Below the pieces are notes generated by a model. That model searched no databases. It was not told where the DNA came from and was given only the letters and a program-made list of their open reading frames with translations. The position numbers and the translations under genes are program-made. Positions 38,801 to 53,800 of a stretch of DNA of 64,000 nucleotides are shown one piece after another. Origin of the DNA: Glycera tridactyla (Eukaryota); contig OZ286468.1 of NCBI GenBank assembly GCA_965644265.1, forward strand, positions 49,910,001 to 49,974,000, given 5' to 3'. Each line of letters starts with the position of its first letter. Positions within the stretch are counted from its first letter, which is position 1.

Positions 38801-41800
38801 CTGTGTTGAAGTAGCAAAACTTCCTTTAACTTTCTTCACTTTCTGTTCCGCTTTGTCACTCTCCTTTCCCCGCTTCCGTTTACCAGACAAGCTTCTCTTT
38901 TCGGTCTCAGTGTCAATTTCTTGGCTTGCGAGAGGTGAAAGCGTAGGAGTCATCTTATACTTTTTGAGGACATTCAACGCCGCGGCTAATTCATTCGGAA
39001 GCTGTACCTGCGATGCAGATTTGGCCCCTCTTGAACTGACATCTGTTGGTGGTGATGGGGACCTTGGGCTCTGTGCAAATGGGATTTCAGTCTCACTCTC
39101 ATTCAACGTCATATCTCCAGCTTTACGTTTCCTCAATGACCTGCTCTGTCTCCCAGTGACCACGTCACATTCTTCCGGCGATTTCTTCGTCTCTTCTTTT
39201 TGAGATCTCCCTCTACGCCTCCCAGATGTACCTGATGTATTTGACTGGTTTTGCTGACGTGCACGACTAAGCCTTCTCGACGATAACAAATGCAGTGTAG
39301 AGTTGTTATCATTGGAGTTGGGAATCATGTCAGAGTCCTCAGCATCCGAGCCTTCATCTGGAATGGGCATCTCTGAATCACCTTCCTCATCCGCGTTGCC
39401 ATCATCAACTATTGCTGCTGCTACCTCCTCATCTTCATTTGCTCCATCTTCATCCTTTCCTATCTCCTCATCTTCATCTTTATCATCATCTGGTTTTGCA
39501 GAATCTTCAGCTTCATCATCTTTGTTTACATCAATATCAGGCAGATCAGCATCATCCTCATCTTCATCATTTGGCTGCATAGGTAGAGCATCTTGGACCG
39601 GGCGTGTCACTGTAGGTTTCTTGGCACTCAGTTTGGCTTCCAGTGCAGCAATCTCTTTCATGATGTTGCCAACATCATCTTTCAAGTCATCACCATACTG
39701 AAATCATTAAATCAACAGATGCCATAAATGACTACAATGATGAGAGTGACCCCTACGACCAATTTCTCGAAGCGCTCTTTGTGACAGAGTCAAATATAAC
39801 TCTGATGAGACCTTCTCTATTGATAGAATTATTTTAGGCCACATCAATGATGGTCTCTAATAACAGAATTCACTGTATGAAATCAGGCCAAAATCCTTTT
39901 CAGCAAATACTACCATATATTTGAGGATCCAGTCAATTTCATTCATTAGAAATTCAAAATTCCATCCAAGAGATCTAAGTTTAAAGATAAGTAAGGGAAC
40001 CAGTGTACACTGTAGTTGAGCAAGACACAGTCATTTAGTTGTGTCATATCTGGGTTGAAAGTCACAGAACATCTGCCAAATATTTTGTAGCAAATTTGGC
40101 TGAGATTACAATTTTATCTTAAGCCACAGATTACCGATTTTAGCCAGAACTTTTATTAGTGTGACATACATATATTCTTCACATACAGTTGAACCTCTCT
40201 ATGAAGACCCCCTTCGGTTGCATACAAAAATGGTCTTTATGGGGAGGTGGTCTTGAGAGGTCATTTACTGTTGAAAATAATACCACTGTGAACGCTCAGG
40301 CTGGCCTTTATAGAAAGGTGGTCTTTAGAGGAGGTTTGACTGTGATCCAAAACTTCACCCATTTGGAATCTGTGATTGAAGCACACTTTCAAGGCCGTAA
40401 AGCTCCAACATCAGGCTTCCAAACCAGAATATTGATGGATAAAGATGCAGTGCGTAGATGAGACTAATATTGAGAGGAATGGGCGACAAATATCTCTCGG
40501 CCAGTTTGACTAGAAATGAGTAAATTCCTTTAGCCAGATGGGGAAAGCATTAGCCTATGACTACATATGCTTTCTGGCTAATGGCTAGTGCTGGCCCAGC
40601 ATAGCTTACCTGGGTATCGACTGCTTCACTCATACTGGAGACAGCACTAGAGTTCATCCCACGACTGGAGCTACCATCATCAGCTGCAATAAACAGATGG
40701 TAAGATCACTGAATCAGAACACGATTTTGATTTCTCCCTTGTGTTAAAAAGATGGTTGATGAATAAATAGATAATTAAATAAGATGAAATGAATAATCAG
40801 TGTCACCCGAGGCAGGATTCAGGGTTCTATATTGTGGACTGCCCCATGGCACAGACACTCTGACAGGCAATATTTATGTATTAGGGCAGGTGAATTGTTG
40901 AGAGTACCAGCCCAATGGGCACGTCCATAAGCATGATTTAGCCTATGATTTGTGAAGGAGAGTAGGCAGAAATGATGAAGGCAGGTGAAATTCCGTGCCC
41001 ACCTGCCCATAGAGCACTGGGGTAGCCAACTTTTGGCGACCGGAATTAGTGATGATGCTGCAGATTTCCATGAGTAATGATGACAGTATTCGCAATGATT
41101 GAAAACGAGATTTTGAATTTCTTGGAGTAATGATACACGTAGAATGCAAAATAATTGCTTGGAAAAGAGTAATCATTATTCCAAAATGGTTGCATCTCTG
41201 CCTGAAGATCTGAATGTGAATAAGACATATGATTTGATGCCCTATCTCAGGATTTCCAGAATCCTGGGTATTCTGCCCCGAGGTTTGAGACAAAGAGGCC
41301 ATTCTTCACTAAATACTTCAAAATGGGTTCACTAAATGTGAAATAATGAGGGAGTATAACAGATCCAGGCTGCTAAAGAGGGGCCACACTTGTGTAAATT
41401 GTGTAAAATGCCCATGCAACCATCTGGATGTACACCAGTTTAGGTACAAATCTAAGTAATATAGTCCAGATCCATTGTCAAATCCGCCAAGAGCAATATC
41501 ATGCAATAGATGCGGAAGATCTAGCTCAAAAACATATCCATTACTCCTAAATTGTGATGATTGGCTACTAATACCAATAACAGAATCAATGTTGAAATTC
41601 TCCACATGGAACTTATCCCCCGCTCTTCTGTGCCCAGGGATGTGATTGGCTAACAACCAAAAAACACTGAAAACCTGACCAGGAGCACTTAAACCACAAA
41701 TTTGTCAATCAACAAACCCAAACAACTGGTGACTGGAGGCTACTGGAACTCCATACAAACATCGTGCTCTATCTTCACTGATACTGGCCCGATTTTCATG

Positions 41801-44800
41801 ATCTAAAAGCCAAAATAATCAGTAGAGAATGTTTGTATTCTGAGAGCAAAAAGACGGAAATCCGCGGATCTGTGCAGGGTTGCATCCAGGATTTTCCGAA
41901 TTGGGGGCATTTGCCCCCTAATGTTCAAGAAAAGGGGGCATTTTTCACAAAAATGTGTTTGCTTGATATGGAGTAAGTGCAAGCTTTTTGCTCATTCAGG
42001 GGGCATTGTGGCCCCTAATTTCTCTGAAAAGAGGCCACCACTCAACAAAACGTGTGAAATGCCCCCATGCCCCCCTCTGGATGCAACCCTGTCTGTGGAA
42101 CAATCACATCCCTGTGTGCCTTTACTTTTGATACCAATCTGTAATTTCTGACGATAATAATTACGGTACACTCACATTCTTCATCTGAGTCATGAATGAT
42201 TGGTTTTCTTGGTCTCCCATAGATGTCATAATCGTCTTCCTCATCATCACTGCCTTTAGCAGAAGCTGTGGTGATCACAGTTGAATCCTTCGAACCTAAG
42301 CATTTCTCACCCTGCTCACCCCGACTGTCCTCATCTGTGAATGCAAAAGACCATATGCTACAAACACTGTTCAATACTGCATCAAACCAATTCACAAATG
42401 AACTGAAAACTATCAGTAAAGACGAAATTATTTTTCATGAAACGATCAAATTTACGGAAGGTACTGCTCATACATTTCCAAATGAACCTCATTCAGTGAA
42501 AATTTCACGGAATGTGAAATGATTAGATGAAACTATGTTTCACAATACAGGTTCAAATCCACAAGAAATCAGATGATTTTTGAAAATGTAATTTGTACAT
42601 TTCAATGGTGTATGTTTCATAAAAGCTCATTTCTTTTGAGAGTACAGCATTATTTACATTTATTTCTTCTGAAACTAGGATAAATTCCTGAATAGGGGCA
42701 TAATTCCCCTGTGTGAACAAAGAATACCTAGTGCCACTAGGAGGGCAAAAATCATCCAGTAAAAATTCAACTATGATGCATTCCTCGTCCTGACTGGGAT
42801 AGCCTTCAAAACATGGAAAAAGCTAGGAGTGGAAACATGCTCCTGCCCATGCATGTAAAATGAGTTTGAAATTGTCAAATTGATTTTGGATTTCCGGTTT
42901 TTGTGACTGAAGCCTGAGAAACCTGGAACATTCAAAGGATGACAAACACAAGCAGGAACTGTTCACTGCACCATGAAATAACAGGCCTGCCTGACGAGAG
43001 TGAATCACATAGATCTTTTATGTAGCTTGTCTTAAAAAGATTTGATAGGAGGTACAGATATGAAAAATATAAAGCTTGCCAGGGCCCATAAAATTATATG
43101 AGAGCCAGTTCATCTCAATCCAAATTCAAATAGAATATTGACAAGTTGACAACTGCCGATGGTCAGTGAACAAATCTCGAAATCTCACCCTTCCCGGTAT
43201 TTTAAACCAGATGAAACAATGAGTCACATTATGGTGGGATTTTATGTTAATCCTGATCACTGAGTACTCCAATGAACCACACCTGACAAAATGTATCACT
43301 ATCTTTGACCTCACAGAATCAAGACCCCATTTTGAAAATATGGAGAAATTTCCACACCATTTTCGCTTGCACTCTCAATTGAGCCTTTCACTCTGACAGC
43401 TGCTCTTAATATGAAACTCTTAGTTTTTTCTATAATCAAGTTTGTCATAATCTCTCATGAATGGTGACATGGAGCTTGCTTAAGTACTCAAAGCTGGCCT
43501 GCAATTAGATACTAATTGGCATCAATATATGCACAAAAAATTCAAACATCAAAATCGGCATTAATTGGCATTAAAATCAATGGAAAAAAGTCAATTTAGA
43601 ATCTCCAATCAAGGAAAAAAGGCAAAACATCAGTGAATTAGATTAACTGGTGAATGTTTAACTTCAAATTATTATATCAAGAAACAGGATAAGAAAGCAG
43701 GCCTGTCATAACACATGATGAAATGCACAGTTCCTCACCTGAGTCATCCAGATTGATGGGATGAGCTTTATCTCCCTCATCAATGTAGCCATCCTCATCA
43801 CCAGCAGCATCCCTGCTCTCCTCCTCATCATGTGCTTGCTTCCTCTTCCTTGAGGCCTCCTCTTCTTGGTCTTCTTCTGTTGTGAATATACTCTTATCAA
43901 GAGAATCAATGAGATATGGCGACGATGACTCATGAATACGTCGATATCTCCGAGATACAACTGATGACTCATGTTGTTTCCTTGACTTATGACTCTCCGA
44001 AGATGCTTGCGATGATTCACGACTTTTCTGCGAGCTGTGCTCTGGAGACAGTGGCATTATTCCTGAAATTTCTAACTCGCCACCAATCAAACTTTCGCTA
44101 TGAGCCGACTGCATCGATGATTCGATGACAGATATCTGAGAATCTCTCTGGCTTCTTCGAAGAGAAGTACTCTTAGCTTTTGAGCTTTGACTGCTTTGGC
44201 TACCTTTCTGGGAGCAAATGCTCATATGAGTCTTCAATCTGGCATGAGTCTGGCTTCCCAAAGTAGGAGATTGACCTTTGATACTTTGACTAAGTCTCTG
44301 AGAATTCAATGGCGCATGCGGAATTTTGAACATATTCTGCTGTCTGGCACACTGTGACTGAGACAATAGCTGTGACTGGCTCATAGATTTCATAGTTGGT
44401 GGAGTGGGTGGCACAACATCTGTATCATCCTCTTCCTCCTCCTCCTCCTCCTCCTCTTCTTCTTCTTCTTCTTCTTCTTCTTCTTCTTCTTCCCCCTCTT
44501 CCTCCTCTCCATCATCTTTGTCTTTATTATCATTAGCTTCCAAGTCACCATCATTATCAAGATTTATCACTCTAATATCATTAACATCAACTGTATCATC
44601 TGATCCTCTTGATATGGGCCTAGTTGCTACGGTGAAATTGGACAAAATTCTCGAATTTGCGGTTGATACACCACCTCCATGTTTACTGTCCAGAATAAGT
44701 GTTTCATCTGATGTACTAGTCCGAATCTGGCTAAAATTGTTCTGTGACTGACTGCAGTCATCATCGTCATCATTATAATCATCAGGTAGGACCGAGTCCA

Positions 44801-47800
44801 TACATTCCAAGGTGCGTGCTATGCGTGAATCGGCCAGATTTTCTCGGTCTTCCTCATCCTCGGAATCTGATTCCTCAGTGAGAGTGTTCACCATCTCCGA
44901 GTCCTGCGAATGCACTGATTCTGCATCTTCATCATCTTGACCCACAATCTCTGTGGTACATATCGTGGCTGAACGAGAGTCAGCAGTCGTATCTTCAGCA
45001 CTGCATGCAGTAACAGTCTCGTGCACATCATGGCAATCATCATCGTTACTCAACCGACGAGATAACGGTGTACGCTGCTTCACTGGTATTGAAGACTCAC
45101 TGAACTCAACTGATTCCTGACACATGCTTGATACAGGTTCATTGTTTCTATTCGACATAGTATTTTTTTCTACACCAACATCTTCAGTACTGTGCAGATC
45201 TGAATGACTTCTTTCGACATCATGAACATCCTTGGCTTCAGGATCATCACCCTGACTTGCTGATGCCTCCCCCCCGATAGCATATTCATTACCATAACTA
45301 CCAGCTGCATCTTCAGAATTAATCAAGTCTATCGTAATGTTGCTGTTCTTCGGTTTAGTTGCTGATGGTGTCAAACTGTACAATAACTGAGTTGATTTTG
45401 GTGCAGTTCTAGCTGATTTTGGAGCAGGTGATAATAGAGATTGTGACTCCATTTCCGAGTTCAAATCCTGCATGGAATTCAAGCCATTGTTATCCTCTTG
45501 TGGTATCCCATATTGAGACACCGGCCGATGAAGATGGGCAGCGAACGGCGAATGTGAAGCCAACCCACGTACTGTTCTACGTGATCTTCTCTTCCTACTT
45601 GAATCACTCTCAGATTCTGAATCACTTGTATCTTCATTAGATCTGTTCTTTGTATCGATACCTTTTGGGCTTTTGGTTTTAGGACCTATTTTTCTTCTTT
45701 TCGAAGGATCAGTTTTCTGCCTAGGAGAAAGTTTGTGATCTATCCCACAAAGCTCCCCATTTGCAACTGGATCTCTCTCATAATCGGAATCTGTTGCTTT
45801 GGCAAGTTTCTCTCTGCTTCTAAGAGATTTTTTCCTTTGGCTGTCACCAATTTGTGTGGTTAATTGTTCACACGTTTCGGAACTATCAACAGACTGTGAT
45901 CGACGAGTTTTGCTACGTCTTATGGAAGACGCTGAATCTCCTTCAATCTCATTACGTTTCAATTGAGAACTGTCAGGTTTACTTCCTGTTGAGTCATCAA
46001 TTATTTCATATGACTGGCTACGCTGACTTTTGGATCGGGTCGTCCGCCTTGGGGCCTTTCTTTTCTTGGCTGATTCTGAAAGGATATCTCGCAGCTCCTG
46101 TTGAATGTTCTCATCTATTGTATCATTGTCTTCTACTCTATCTTGTAGCTCGGAATTTGCAATTTGCTCTGCTTCCTGCACAGATGACGGTGTAGTATCG
46201 AGGGAGATGACAGGCGTACCACGGATTGGTAATGATGCACCACCCATTACATCGATTGTGGCTGCAGCAGCTGCTGCTACAGATTGTCCCACATTCCCGC
46301 TTACAGCACCATCCTGCTCAGTTTTAGACGAAGATTCCACCAGCTGACTATCCACCAGTCGAAAACTTCTCCGCAACGGTTTTGACGCATTTCGCTTCCT
46401 CTTGTGCACATCTTCATTTTGTAGAGTACTGCTGATCGGGGGTTGACTGTCTAGATCACATGTCTCTTCCTGTCTGATGTTATCCACTTCCCTATTCTGA
46501 CTAGCAGCAAACGCTGATGAATCCTGGCCAATCTGATTTTTTATCTCCAAATTTTGTGGATCGACAGAATCTGGGATACAAACAACAGAAGATCCTGAGG
46601 AGTCTTTGATTGAAATTACACTTCCTTGACTGGAGCTTTGAGATCTTCGTCTCATTACAGATTTAGGAATCTGATCGTGAATGGATTCTGTAGCTGGAGT
46701 GTGTAGTTTTGAAGTCAAACTGTCTGCCACACGATCACACTGACTCAACACAACCTGACACTCCTTCAGGGCACAGCCGATACTATTTGACTCTGAATAT
46801 AAAGCAGTCTCGGCAGAAGGGGCGCTGTCTTCATATGTTGCTGGAACAAGCACTTTCAATGCAGATTTCGTACAAGGCTCTTTGAATTCCACGTCACATC
46901 CAGTAGTGGCAACACTAATCTTGGCATCACCTAAAGGAGTGCCGCATTCACTATCAAATAGCTGTGAGCTCTTTTTGCTTCCATTTCTAATGGCACTTCC
47001 ATCATTGGTGAGCTGGGAACTTTCGGCAGCTCTTACGGCAGCATTTTTGGCAGATCTCCGCTCAACCACAGTATCAATGCCCATATTTTCACTTGGAAAC
47101 AACTGTGAGCTTTTATCGAGTTCTCTCTTTGCCCGAACCCCCTCTGAAGTTTTTACTTGAGAGTTCTTACAGGCTCTATTTTTCGTTGTGGTACATTCAT
47201 GAGTGAACAGTTCTGAGCTTTTATCATGTGTGTCAGGAATCATTTCATTTCCATTCAGTATTTGTGAGTGCTTCTTGACTTCATCAATTACTGTACTTTC
47301 AACAGGCTGCCTATCTCGAGGACACCTATTCACCTCTTTCCCTGCCATCTTGTCACTATTCAATGCTAGCTGCGCTTCTTCATTTACTATTTCTACGTCT
47401 TCTAGCAGTTCAGTATCTGCTTTTTGCACACCATCATCAAATCTTGTGGGTGACCTCAACTGACTATCGGATAATCTTTCGAGAACAACCTCTGCTTTCG
47501 TCATTTTTGCAAGCCCATCATCTACTTTGGCGGGATGCTGTCTCTCCTTTGATCTAGTCTTTCGTGATGGTGCCGGACTCGTGTCTGGTATCATGACCGT
47601 ACTCTGGGAGCTAAAGTCGGACAGACCAGCATCATCTGGCCCAACATCGACGGAAAAAGCGCCACTTTTCTGGCTCCTGTGCTCATTCACATCATCATCT
47701 GCATTGTGATTTTTCTCCCTCTCGAGCTGTTTTGCCTGTTGCAATGAATTCCGACCAGACCTCTGTTTCCTGAGCTTTGGCGATCTATTATTTTCATTTA

Positions 47801-50800
47801 CCTCCGTAGGTGGTATCATGCTGTTCAGATTGCCTTCTCTCGTTATAGAACCTACACCGATTTCAGTACTGAACAAACTAACACTATCTTGCACATTTTC
47901 ATCAGTCTTGGTCTTCTCAAGTTTATGTCTTTGAAGCTGCTCAAGTTTTGATTTGTCATTTGAAATAGATACGTGGTCTGTAGGTGGGATCATGATGTTC
48001 GAATCAGTACTTCTATTGTGCAGCCCACTCTTCTGCTTTCTGAGTTTACCACGATTTGATTGACCAGGAGCAGGGTGTGTATTCTCGGTTGGAGGGATGA
48101 CCCCAGTGAGATCACTGATAGTACCAGCTATATTTATCGAAGCAGATGGTGAAGAATCTATTTTCGCTTCTTGTGTGTTCTGCTGCTGCTGTTGCTGTTG
48201 AGATGATATATCAATACGGTCTTGCATGTTACGACCAATGCTAGCATAATTCTCCTGTGATCCCTTGCCATCTGCAGTCTTACATTCGACTCCGTTACCT
48301 TCATCAGTCTCAGCATCCGGCTGATTCGGAGTGTTTCCCTCTGATTTTGACATCACATGTTCCTGACTGATATGACCAGATGAATTGAGCTGCTCCTCCC
48401 CATCCTCGACGGAATCAGCAATCAATCTCACCTCGTTATCATCCATGCCTTCATCATCACAAACAATTACAGGATCGTTAAAAGTTTCCGAATGAGACCG
48501 TATTCGTTCTTTCCTCGATACTCTATCCGCTTTCGAAGCTGGTCCTCCTGACAATTTCAGTGGGTCCAAACGATCAGCGGACATTATACTGTGCTCAGTT
48601 TGCCCTGAAGATTCAAACTCAAAATCACCCATGCAAGGCTGGAATTCACCAGTGCACAGCATCTCAGGCTCCTTCACATCGACTGTCTCAGGCACATAAA
48701 CTTCAGAATTATTCAAAGTATCGATCCGAGTTTCTGGAATCTTGTCAACACCATTAGAGTATAAACTTGTTGTGAATTCTCCGGTGCATTGAATGGGCTC
48801 CTCTGTATCATCCACTGTGATTAGATCATCTCTGTATTTCTCAAACAACTTGGCAATCATCCCACTTGCTGCGGCGGCTGTTGATCTGCAGCCTGATATG
48901 ATCTCACTACTCTTATCTTTCGATTTATTCTGAGAAGTGTCCAATGTTGATGTATCAATCCTCTCATCGACTGGCTCCACATGGTCTGTAGATGTCTCAT
49001 GGCTCTGTAGAATTTGTGCCGATGCTGATACTGAAGGAGGTCCTGTCTCTTGTATGGTCGTAAGAGATGGTGTGCTGGATGAAGAATCAATTGATTTCAC
49101 TGAATATTGTGACAAATCCTTCCCAGTATCTTCTTTCTGTCTGCCAAACTCCTGTGTCCCTGGTCCATCCACATTTTCGTGTTCTCTACACTCGTGATTG
49201 TCCATTGTTGATTCTGGCACACAACTCACTGACACGATCCCATCTGAAAGAAATCCAGAAATATACGATCACAAAGTGCACTATCATTAATTCAAGCATG
49301 AAGATTTCTATTATTATATCTGTCATAGACTGCCTTCAATGAAGTTTACATTTCAATCTGAAATAATCAGTAATGTGAGAGAGCAGCAAAAACTCCTGGA
49401 AATGAGGGAGCAATGAATACAGCCACATCCCCTTTGTACTCCCAAAAGTTGCATATTTGAGCAGCTAGCACCCAATCCACAACACTATAAATATTTCATG
49501 TCTTTCTGAAATCAGTGAATTTCCTGAGAACTTGCTCCATAGAACTTTATATTGTAGTGAATCCACTCTTTGCCTGATAGCAAAGACCTTACATGATAGT
49601 CATTTCAAAATCAGGCTTTTATCAAGCCACATGTTCTTGAGCCACTCCAGCTACAACTTATTGGTGTCGCCAAGGGTGAAACATACCTGACACCGAATAC
49701 ACAAATCATGATTGCACGCTCTGGGATTCTTGAGAGTTCAAGCCGTTTCCTACACATGAAGGATATCGGTCAGTAAGCTTCTCATAATATCCCTCATGCA
49801 GGGATAATTTTACGATGTGCTCTGCGGCAAATGGCACATATAGTTGTGAATGGGCACATTAAACCATATTATATCTTGTGCCCAGAAGGCACATGGAATT
49901 TTCCATACTTTGATATGATTACATGGTTTGAAGCACACACAAAACTGAAATGGCACATGAAATCTGCATCAATGTGCCCGAAAGACCCATACATATTCCC
50001 GAGAAAGAAAATCCCTGCTCATGTCTTGACACATGTATTCTCTTGTACCATGAAATTGATGATGAAGTATCAACACAATGAGATGTGCTGCTCATTCACA
50101 GCAGTTCCATCAATATAGCCATATATTTTTGTCACAAGGTAAAGTCAAACTTGTCTATAAAGAATGCTATCAGTCGCATCAAACAGTGGCCTTTATAGGT
50201 AGGTGGTCTTTATAGAGAGGTCATTCACTGTTTATTGTCAAAAAACGACGGTCACAGCTCAGGGTGGTCTTTACAGAGAGATGGTCTTTAGAGCAAGTAG
50301 CCCACTATAGCAGAGCTCCAGGTTTTTGGTGAGGTGAGGGGGTACTGGTAGCTGATGGACTTCATGGGACATATCTCAAGATGATGGGAAATTTCCTATT
50401 TATCTCTCATGAGGTAGAAAAACTGAGCGCCACTGACCCATAGGAGATATTGGTGGGCCAGTGGAAATAAGGGTCAAGTGCCTGGGCCCACCATGAATCT
50501 GCGCTACAATTTGCCATGTCTAAATGTGATGGTAATGCCTCACATGCTTAGATCGCATAGGTGCCAACTAGGGCTGGGACGAAACACTTTGGTCACGATA
50601 CAAAACATTTCTAGAAACACACCTCATGAAATGAATGACGAAACGAAATGCCATACAACCCTCTTTCAGGAGCCGGGCATGATCCTCCCGGTTGCCAATC
50701 ACATAAGCAAGCCTACCAAATTAGGGTTGGCCTTGAAATATTGCTAATTACTATAGAATATAAAGACATTTCTAGTAAAAAGTTCATCAAATCTCCATCA

Positions 50801-53800
50801 TTCGGGCTCTACACAATGTTTTTTTAACAAGGTGCATTTTCTGTATTTATTGGCATATGTGAGTACTCATCAGCCATGTTTCTCTTCATTTCGAAACACT
50901 TCTAAACACACCTCCTAGTTTCGAAAAGATTGTTTCTTTTGCAAACGATCGATATTATCGAAATTTCGGTGAATTGTCCCACCCCTAGTGCCAACCTCTG
51001 ATGGTCGAAAATGGTAGCAGTGCCAATTTCAAAGAGTAGCAGTGCCAGTATTTGCGATGGAATAATAAGAAAAATCTTGATTTTCCAGAGTAGCATTACC
51101 TGTAAAATGCAAGAATTTTGGTCTAAAAAGAGTAGCTGCTACTCCAAAATCATAGCAGTTGGTATCTCTGAGATCGTCGTTTCTCATGGCATGACTTGAT
51201 TATGTATGGCATGTCTTCAGATGATCAGCAATTCCGTGAGATATACATACAGTCAGACCTCCTCTAATTACCACCTCTCTATGATAACTACCCTGATCTG
51301 CGGCCATGGTAGAATTTTCAACAGTCAATGAGTTCTCTATGAAGATCACCTGCTTATAAAGGCCATTTTTTTATGTGACCGAAAGCGGTCTGTATAGAGA
51401 GGTTCCACTGCATTTGGCACGCTGGGACAGAATGTACAAATGATTATTTTTGAGATCACATTCCTAGTCGCTAGAGATGTCAACAATGTCTGCCAGTGAG
51501 TTCCATTTCCATCAGAAGTCAATTTGCAATGCTATTGTTGAAAATGTACTCATCATTTTTGGCCAGATTTTAATTGGCTAGGCTGAACAAGCACACAGGC
51601 ATTTTTTATCGACTATGTTCAAAATACTACAATATTGAAGAGATAATTAGGGTGGTTGAATATACTTGTTTATAGTGAAGAAGTGTTGAATATTGTGCAA
51701 AAATACATTGAATTACACATTATCATGGTTATGGGTTCAGGGTGAAGGGCTGTCCCATTTGAAAATGGGAAAGGGGGTTGCAAAAGAAGTCAAAATGGAT
51801 TTGAGGGTTGAGTGTTGAGTGTTTGCCAAAAATTGACCTATGGATTAGGAGGCAGGGCTCTACGTTGCTACCTGTGGGTAGCCAATTGCTACCAAATTTA
51901 CCCTCTGGCTAACATATTTCAAAAGTTAGGAGCCAGCCGCCCCTAAAATTTTGAAAGGTTGTAATTGGAAATGTATTGACTGGCTACCAAAATTTTCTAC
52001 CCAGGAGCCAGCTGGTTCCTGAATATTTTGGCCAACGTAGAGCCCTGGGAGGTGCTGAATGAAATCAGACTGGGGGTGGAGTTGACTATTTGGAATTCAG
52101 ATGGGTATTCGGCACTCAGATATAGAGTCAAACATGCTTGAGAGACCACCACTATTCAAAGACCACCTGTCAATTACAAGAAATGGTCTCACAAAGCAGG
52201 TGGTCTACTCCATCGTGAAACAAAATAGGCTCCCACAATATAGTGTCTCATCACACGTTCCATAGTACATATGCAGAATGAGGAGATTGAAATTATTATT
52301 ATTATGCACAGATCCTGAAAATTTTTGACTAATTTCGTCTTGAATAGTGGAATCATTAATCCAAATTCATGATTACTGGCATCAGCCATTCAGCACCAAA
52401 CCACTACAGTGAAACCTGTCTTGGGAGACCCCTCTTTTGGGAGACCACCCTCTAATGGGAGACCCCTCTTTCGGGAGACCACCCTCTGATGGGAGACCCC
52501 TCTTTATCCGCTGTTCTCTATTTGACATAGTCAAATATACCTCCAATGAGAGACCACCTGTCTTGAGAGACCACTTTTCGTTGACGTTTGGGGCAGTCTC
52601 CCAAGACAGGTTTTACTGTGCAGTAAAACCTGTCCATAGTGAAAAGTCACAGGCCAGATTTTTCTTTACACTGTAGACAGGATTTCACTATATACAGGTC
52701 AATTATATTGGGGAAAAAAAACGTTCGGGCCAGATTTTTCTTCTCACTGTAGACAGGATTACACTATAGCAGGGTTTACTGTACTTTGAAAACTACAGAC
52801 CATCATCATCTACACCACTACTGTTAGTCACATCACAGTAAAAATTGTCCTAAGCATGCGGGCATGGGAAGACATGAAAGTGCATGCTTGAAATAGGGTG
52901 CATGCATAGTAGAGGTGAATCAAGGTGAAAATACCATGGTGAGATTAGTGTAGATTAGTAGTAGATTTTCACTTAGTGCAGTGCATGCTTAGGGCAGGTT
53001 CAACAGTATTTGGGGGAGTTTGCACTACTTCTCAGCTACTGTTGTGATTTTGTGTCATATTCTACTATAGGGTGGCATCCAAGATTCCCAAAATTGGTGA
53101 CATTTGCCCCCTCAAGTACAGTGAAACCTCTTTTAAGAGACGCCTCTTTTGACAGACTGCTTCTCATCAGCTCATTTCTATTTGGCATAATCAAATAAAC
53201 CTCCAATGAGAGATCACCTCTCTTGAGACCACTTTTGGTTGACATTTGGGGGCGGTCTCCCAAAAGAGGTTTTACTGTACAAGAAAAGGGGGCAACATTT
53301 CACAACATTTCCAAAAATGGGTTCACTTGATATCATAAAGAACAGTCTTGTTGATTTAGGGGGCATTGTGACCCCTGATTACCTTGAAAAGGGGCCCACA
53401 GTGTGTGAAATGCCCTCATGCCCCCCCCCCCCCCAAGGATGCAACCCTACAATGATTAAAGATGCAAGCACAACTACACAGCAAGCCAAGAACAATGATG
53501 GGTGTACCTATACTGAAAGAGTCATTGAGCAATTTAGTGTTTTGCCCAGAATCACTCTCCTCGTCACTGTCTGCATACTTCCTCACCAGCCAACGCTGGC
53601 TCACTGAAAACAACACATACATTCATCCACATCATTTGTTGGTACATATTAAAGCACTTGATCTCCAATTCATCATCTAGTAGAAAAGAAATTACAATAT
53701 TACTGGCTTCTTTGAAACCTGATCCTATTCTAACAATCTTTTTGTCATCATTTCATTGAGTTTGTGAGTCAGATCTGCCAACAATACGGAAAATCATCAG

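Noticed and set aside
38316-39203. 295-aa plus-strand ORF and other plus-strand ORFs over 44-57 kb
   Set aside because: Antisense shadows of BRCA1 coding exons, with no independent splice or domain support.
41318-41656. 112-aa minus-strand ORF inside a BRCA1 intron
   Set aside because: Starts in a repeat, has no suitable splice sites, and the flanking exons already join in phase.
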